Part shown: positions 59,276 to 64,000 of the stretch, one piece after another | How the letters are laid out: every line of letters starts with the position of its first letter | Numbering within the stretch: position 1 is the first letter of the stretch | Source: a virus | Taxonomy: Duplodnaviria > Heunggongvirae > Uroviricota > Caudoviricetes | IMG/VR virus record: IMGVR_UViG_3300011904_000029 | Coordinates: 6,312 to 70,311 of that record | Strand: one strand, 5' to 3' | Length of the DNA stretch: 64,000 bases | The notes under the pieces: generated by a model | The model's database searches: none | What the model was told of the DNA's origin: nothing | Seen by the model: the letters and a program-made list of their open reading frames with translations, nothing else | Made by a program: the position numbers and the translations under genes

Positions 59276-59617
59276 TCATTCTGAAATAATTTCCATAATT
59301 CTTTTTAACTGATCTAGTGTTAAATCTTTTTTAGCCCACATACTAAACTTACTTTCTATTCGAGAAAATAACTGCTCATATTCTCGTTCGTCTAAAATTT
59401 CTTGCCTTGAAAAGTATAGTTCATAATCTGGAGCATAGTCTGTTGCTTGTTTAAGAGTCTCAATGTAATATTTCTTTGCTCTAGCTATGTCTAACTCAAA
59501 ATATTTTCTCCCCACTTTTACAATCTCTGCCTCTAGTATTTCTTTGTTTCCCCATCTTTCCGCATTATTCACTGGCTTTAAATAGACTTTTCTTCCAACT
59601 TTAATTTTCTCTTTCAT
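59276..59617 (-). CDS. hypothetical protein
   Basis: 113-aa ORF. Confidence 0.35.
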   Translation of the reverse strand: MKEKIKVGRKVYLKPVNNAERWGNKEILEAEIVKVGRKYFELDIARAKKYYIETLKQATDYAPDYELYFSRQEILDEREYEQLFSRIESKFSMWAKKDLTLDQLKRIMEIISE

Positions 59618-59635
59618 TTTTATTAGTCTCCTTAT

Positions 59636-59878
59636 TTACTTCTTTTCTAAATCATCTAAATCGATCCCGTAAATGCTTTGAATCCAATCTTTAATAGTAT
59701 AGTCCCATCCACCAAGTAAACCATTCCAAGATAACACTTCTTTAAACACTTTACTACTTGTTATATGTAGAAATTTTCTATCCATTGAATTATCATCTTT
59801 TTCAAGACCTGCACGTTGTCTTAAATATTCGACAATTTCCATCGGATACCTTTTCTCTAATTGCTTCGTATAATCCAT
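59636..59878 (-). CDS. hypothetical protein
   Basis: 80-aa ORF. Confidence 0.3.
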   Translation of the reverse strand: MDYTKQLEKRYPMEIVEYLRQRAGLEKDDNSMDRKFLHITSSKVFKEVLSWNGLLGGWDYTIKDWIQSIYGIDLDDLEKK

Positions 59879-59970
59879 TAGCGTCGTCCTCCTGTTTCAG
59901 TTATTTTCGATCAGATAAAAAGATCATTTTATTAAATAGGCAGCTTAGTTCATCACTTATTTAAATATTA

Positions 59971-60252
59971 TTATTTTCTAATTTCCATTTCATCAATGGT
60001 CAGCCATTTTTTACCTTCAATTTCAGAGTGATAGCCATTAATATGTTTAATAATTTCATCGGCAATTTCATATTCATCACTTGTTCTTAGTTGCCATATT
60101 GATTGGTGAGTCCCATATCCACCAAAAATTAATACATCCTCATCTTGAATTTCCATACGTGTTAAACCAAAAGCAAATGTACTAGTATCAAACATTATCT
60201 CTTCGTCTAGCTCAATATTTTCTATTGCTTTCACCAACTGATCATATGTCAT
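59971..60252 (-). CDS. hypothetical protein
   Basis: 93-aa ORF. Confidence 0.35.
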   Translation of the reverse strand: MTYDQLVKAIENIELDEEIMFDTSTFAFGLTRMEIQDEDVLIFGGYGTHQSIWQLRTSDEYEIADEIIKHINGYHSEIEGKKWLTIDEMEIRK

Positions 60253-60375
60253 GATAAAACCTCCTAAATGTTTGTGTTTAATTTTACCATATTACAATCT
60301 TTATTTACCTTTCTAAATAGCGTTTCTTTTTAGTATTTAACACACCTCTCCTTTCTTAATGAAAGATGGATATTA

Positions 60376-60573
60376 TTAATTTATTAGATGTTCATTTTCA
60401 GTGTAGCATGTTGAGGCTTCAAAGAAATTACTGCCTTCATACAATAGTTTGTGAAAGTGGTCATTGTTGTTTATGATAACTTGATAAAACATTCCTTGAT
60501 CGTCCATTCCACTTTCAAATGTAATATAAGTCCCTTTCTTAATTCCTTCTTTTTCTTTAATTGTTGAAATCAT
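60376..60573 (-). CDS. hypothetical protein
   Basis: 65-aa ORF. Confidence 0.3.
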   Translation of the reverse strand: MISTIKEKEGIKKGTYITFESGMDDQGMFYQVIINNNDHFHKLLYEGSNFFEASTCYTENEHLIN

Positions 60574-60644
60574 CCAACTTACTCCTCAGCGATATTTTTC
60601 ACTTTCTGTTATGTAACTTAAATTAATTATACTATTTTATTTCA

Positions 60645-60923
60645 TTAATGTAAAGTGTTTTCTTGATTATCTTCCCAAATACATCCTTCAACTGTCCAAC
60701 AATTTTTTATTAATGTATACTTAATATCTTTAACCTGGATTACTTCAATAGTACATGATGCAGCTACTTCATAGCCATTGTAAATAATTAATTCTTGATT
60801 CTCATACACTCTGTACTCTTCTCCAGTGATTAAAGTCTGTATGACATTCTCCGGTAGTTCATTCCAGTTATGAATCAATCTTGGCAAGTCTTTGACCTTT
60901 CCAGTTAGATGGTAAACTAACAT
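60645..60923 (-). CDS. hypothetical protein
   Basis: 92-aa ORF. Confidence 0.35.
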   Translation of the reverse strand: MLVYHLTGKVKDLPRLIHNWNELPENVIQTLITGEEYRVYENQELIIYNGYEVAASCTIEVIQVKDIKYTLIKNCWTVEGCIWEDNQENTLH

Positions 60924-61006
60924 TAATATCCTCCTTTTTAGCGATAATTGAAGGCGACTGTTATATAGTGAAATGCAGTGATATTTTCAGTCGCCTGTTA
61001 TATGCT

Positions 61007-63964
61007 TTAAACTACCTTCTGAGTATTCCATTGAATGTAGCTTTTGCCTTCTTCATCTTTTTCTTTAATTAGAAGCATGTTTAAAATATCAAAATCAACT
61101 CCAAACCTTTCTAAGATTTCATCATCATCTATGGAATCATTTTTCATAAAGTTGTTTAGTTTCTCTTTATTCATAATCAACTTAAGTAAATTAGACTCAA
61201 TACTGTTTCTAATTGTTAAAAAGTGTATTTCTTTTTGCTCTGTAGAGGTATATCTTATAAACCTTGCAAAAAACTGATGCATTGCTGCAAAGTTCCATTG
61301 TAGCTCAATAAGTAATACACGGTTCACAAAATCAATATTCATGCTGCTTGATAAAGATTGTTGAGTACAAATAAGTATTCCATTTTTTGTTTCTTTTAGT
61401 TTCTTTATTATCTCTTTTCTCTTGCTCAATGTTGTGCTGTCACCAGTAATTATAAACAATGGCCTTTCAGGGAATTTGTTTTTAATATAACTTGCATACA
61501 TATTAACTGTTTTAATGTGAGTACACCCTATTACAACATGCTCGTTATCCCATTCATGAAGCATATTAACCATTTCAATTGCTTTGGAAGGTGTTTGACT
61601 TGAATAGTAATCTTTAAAGATATTAGGTGTTACACATGCTTTTAACAGGCTGTTAAGTTGTTGTATAATCCTCAACAAAGCATCTTTTCTGCTGTTCCCT
61701 GTTGATCTGTACATATGAGTGAGTTTATAGAATTCTTCAATTACAATTCTATAAAGTTCTTTTTCAGCATGGTTAAACTCTGTTGTTTTCTGTATGATTT
61801 TATAAATATTCTTGCCGCTAACCTCTTCAAATGTTCGAGTTATCATTGTTTTATTAATTAGTTCGCTTAATTCTTCACTGTTATATATATCTTGATTCAT
61901 TTTCCCTACACCAAATACTGTTGCTTTCTCCGGTGAAAATGATCTTTTAAAATGTGTATGGCCTTTCTTATATGCAGGAAACGGCCACATATAAAATTTA
62001 TTAAATTCCTCCTTAATCTCTTTTGTCTTTTTATCCTCAATAAATATAATGTCATTCTTTGACAGCATATTAACTGAATTATTATAGAGCAATTCAAATG
62101 CTGTAAACGATTCTGGAATGTTATTTCTGGTACTTGTAGCACTCATAAGCAATTTAAACTTAACTCTTCTAAAACAGTTTAAAATGGCCTTTGTACGTTT
62201 AGATGATGGATTACAAATACCATCTGCTTCATCTAGTACCAACATAACTTTTTGACTTTGCATTTTTACAAACTTTTTAATTTGCTTTTGATATTTAGTT
62301 ATCATTCCAAAAGTCATAATTACTATTTGTCCATGTTTAATATTGTCAATATCTTTAAGTGATTTGATCCTAATAAAATCTATATCGTATGCCTTTAGAA
62401 TTTCGTCCCAATTGTTATTAATTGCAATTGCAGGTGCAATAAGGAATATATTTCTAATGCTGTTATGCTGCTTTCTATATAACATCTGTGCAATGGCCGA
62501 TAAACTTTTCCCTGCTCCTGTTCCCCATTGCAGATAACCATAATTTTTAGATAGCATTTTTATTGTATCTTCTTTTTGAATATTATTTAGTTTAATCTCC
62601 TGGCTATTTTCTTTATCATAAATCACCAAGTTTTCAAGAAAAGATTTTATTTTTTCGTCTTGTTTTATATTTTTAAATGAGCAATTCTGCTTCTGATATT
62701 CCTTGCTTTTCTTTTCAAATAATTTTATATACTTATGATCTTGAAAAGGATAGTTATCATTAATAATCATGTCATTAAAGCTTATCTCTTTGACTCCATT
62801 ATATGATTTTAAAAATTTTCTCTCCTTTGTGCTGTATGCTTTTAGCTTCAGACCATAGCGATTTTTTACAAGTCTTGTTATATGAACTTCTGGTTTTTTA
62901 TGCTGCTTTTTTAAAGTGTTTTTAAGATACCGAATAACTTTGTTTTTTGTTATCCTTACTTTCTGCCATTCCTCATAAGTCATTCCCTCTGGCTGCTCTT
63001 GTGTATAATACCTATTCAAATAGGCTTCACATTTAGAATAGTATTTATTGATTTTCGGATTACTCTTGATATCAAATAACAACTTATTTACTTTATAATG
63101 AAATTCATTTTCATCTTTATTTTGTGACATTGTTTCAAGAATAATTTTATTTTTAACTTGCTGCTTTTCATCAAGAATTGGTTTTATGTAATTGTTATAA
63201 ATATAATTTGATTCTGATTCAATTATTTCTAGCGATTTTATAGTATTGCTTTTATATGGCCTCTCTGTTACATGTTCGCTCTTTTTCTGGAAAAACATAA
63301 TCTTTGTTTCAAAATTATTGACCCCGACATGATTAAATGAGTCTGAAGGCAAAGTGAATTGTGACACAAAATTGAACATCTTATTAATCTCTGTTATCAT
63401 TCCACCGTCTACAAAGTCATCGCTTAGAAAGGATCTAGGTACAATTAATGCCATGATCCCACCAGGTTTTAATACTTCATATGATTTAATACAATAATAC
63501 AGTTGACTTAAATATTCATCATTTCCAACATCCCATTTTAAATTAAATGGTGGATTCCCTAAAACAATGTCAAACTGGATATCAGTTTTATAATTTCTAA
63601 TATCTTGATTTGTTATATTTGCATGTGGATATAAGTATTTTGAAACTTTATAAGCCTTTATATCTAATTCATTGCCATATACATTTAACTCGTTTGGAAG
63701 ATAGTTAAAAAAGTTACCCATCCCACTTGTTAAATCAATAATTAAATCATGCTCATTAGGTTTTAAACAGTCTATAAGAAATTTAGAAATTGTATGAGAT
63801 GTAAAGAATTGACCATTTTCTAATTCCTTTTTGGCTTCTGTATAATCATGAAAAGATGAATAGTCTTTAAAATCTAACCCATGCAGCCCACCATCACCAG
63901 TATAAGAATTAAATATATCCTCTTTTGAAATATTGTGTTGATCACATAAGTTATTATCAATCAA
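61007..63964 (-). CDS. N6-adenine DNA methyltransferase fused to SF2 (DEAD-box-type) helicase
   Basis: 985 aa; N-terminal amino-MTase motifs FFTSHTISKFLID, DLTSGMGNFF (motif I) and NPPFN (motif IV); C-terminal helicase motifs GTGAGKS (Walker A), LVLDEAD (motif II), LMSATS (motif III). Confidence 0.75.
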   Translation of the reverse strand: MIDNNLCDQHNISKEDIFNSYTGDGGLHGLDFKDYSSFHDYTEAKKELENGQFFTSHTISKFLIDCLKPNEHDLIIDLTSGMGNFFNYLPNELNVYGNELDIKAYKVSKYLYPHANITNQDIRNYKTDIQFDIVLGNPPFNLKWDVGNDEYLSQLYYCIKSYEVLKPGGIMALIVPRSFLSDDFVDGGMITEINKMFNFVSQFTLPSDSFNHVGVNNFETKIMFFQKKSEHVTERPYKSNTIKSLEIIESESNYIYNNYIKPILDEKQQVKNKIILETMSQNKDENEFHYKVNKLLFDIKSNPKINKYYSKCEAYLNRYYTQEQPEGMTYEEWQKVRITKNKVIRYLKNTLKKQHKKPEVHITRLVKNRYGLKLKAYSTKERKFLKSYNGVKEISFNDMIINDNYPFQDHKYIKLFEKKSKEYQKQNCSFKNIKQDEKIKSFLENLVIYDKENSQEIKLNNIQKEDTIKMLSKNYGYLQWGTGAGKSLSAIAQMLYRKQHNSIRNIFLIAPAIAINNNWDEILKAYDIDFIRIKSLKDIDNIKHGQIVIMTFGMITKYQKQIKKFVKMQSQKVMLVLDEADGICNPSSKRTKAILNCFRRVKFKLLMSATSTRNNIPESFTAFELLYNNSVNMLSKNDIIFIEDKKTKEIKEEFNKFYMWPFPAYKKGHTHFKRSFSPEKATVFGVGKMNQDIYNSEELSELINKTMITRTFEEVSGKNIYKIIQKTTEFNHAEKELYRIVIEEFYKLTHMYRSTGNSRKDALLRIIQQLNSLLKACVTPNIFKDYYSSQTPSKAIEMVNMLHEWDNEHVVIGCTHIKTVNMYASYIKNKFPERPLFIITGDSTTLSKRKEIIKKLKETKNGILICTQQSLSSSMNIDFVNRVLLIELQWNFAAMHQFFARFIRYTSTEQKEIHFLTIRNSIESNLLKLIMNKEKLNNFMKNDSIDDDEILERFGVDFDILNMLLIKEKDEEGKSYIQWNTQKVV

Positions 63965-64000
63965 ATATAAAATTTTATCGTTTATCTCCTTCCTGTTCTC

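Noticed and set aside
1-64000. tRNA genes or CRISPR arrays
   Set aside because: No cloverleaf-compatible GC-rich 70-90 nt segments outside the intron core and no regularly spaced direct repeats were seen; GC-rich structure at 8760-8945 is explained by the group I intron

Overview
The window is AT-rich (about 30% GC) and reads as a large temperate Firmicutes phage or prophage, SPbeta-like by gene content. Nearly every gene is on the minus strand; only an XRE regulator and a DNA ligase are on the plus strand.

Gene modules, left to right:
(1) Nucleotide metabolism: DHFR, a free-standing homing endonuclease, thymidylate synthase, a MazG-like NTPase, an NrdH-like redoxin, NrdI and NrdF. NrdE is split by a roughly 1.06 kb group I intron that carries an HNH endonuclease ORF. 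A guanylate-kinase-like gene follows.
(2) A cytosine-5 DNA methyltransferase and a 3D-domain cell-wall protein.
(3) Replication: family A DNA polymerase, RecJ-like exonuclease, TOPRIM primase, DnaB-like helicase, a P-loop ATPase and an SSB-tail protein.
(4) A long array of small hypothetical and membrane proteins, with a GIY-YIG endonuclease and a frameshifted HNH endonuclease.
(5) A YopR/YopQ/YopP-like lysogeny-control module: a plus-strand XRE regulator divergent from a degenerate tyrosine-recombinase-fold protein, a DGQHR (DndB-like) protein, a third zinc-ribbon homing endonuclease paralog and an intact tyrosine recombinase.
(6) A YoqJ-like DUF1273 protein, an Rha antirepressor, an ATP-dependent DNA ligase, and a LexA-box-regulated Y-family polymerase operon with a YolD-like gene.
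(7) Small genes including a SinI-like peptide, an orphan MazF/EndoA toxin with no adjacent antitoxin, and a 985-aa N6-methyltransferase-helicase fusion.

Other points:
- Six homing-type endonucleases occur in total: three zinc-ribbon paralogs, one GIY-YIG and two HNH.
- Four near-identical sigma-A-type promoters (TTGACA, a 17-bp spacer containing AAATAAAT, then TATAAT-like) head minus-strand transcription units.
- Several genes need non-canonical starts or single-base homopolymer indels to read through: the methyltransferase, the polymerase, one zinc-ribbon endonuclease and the downstream HNH gene.
- No tRNA, CRISPR array or arbitrium aimR/aimP pair was found.
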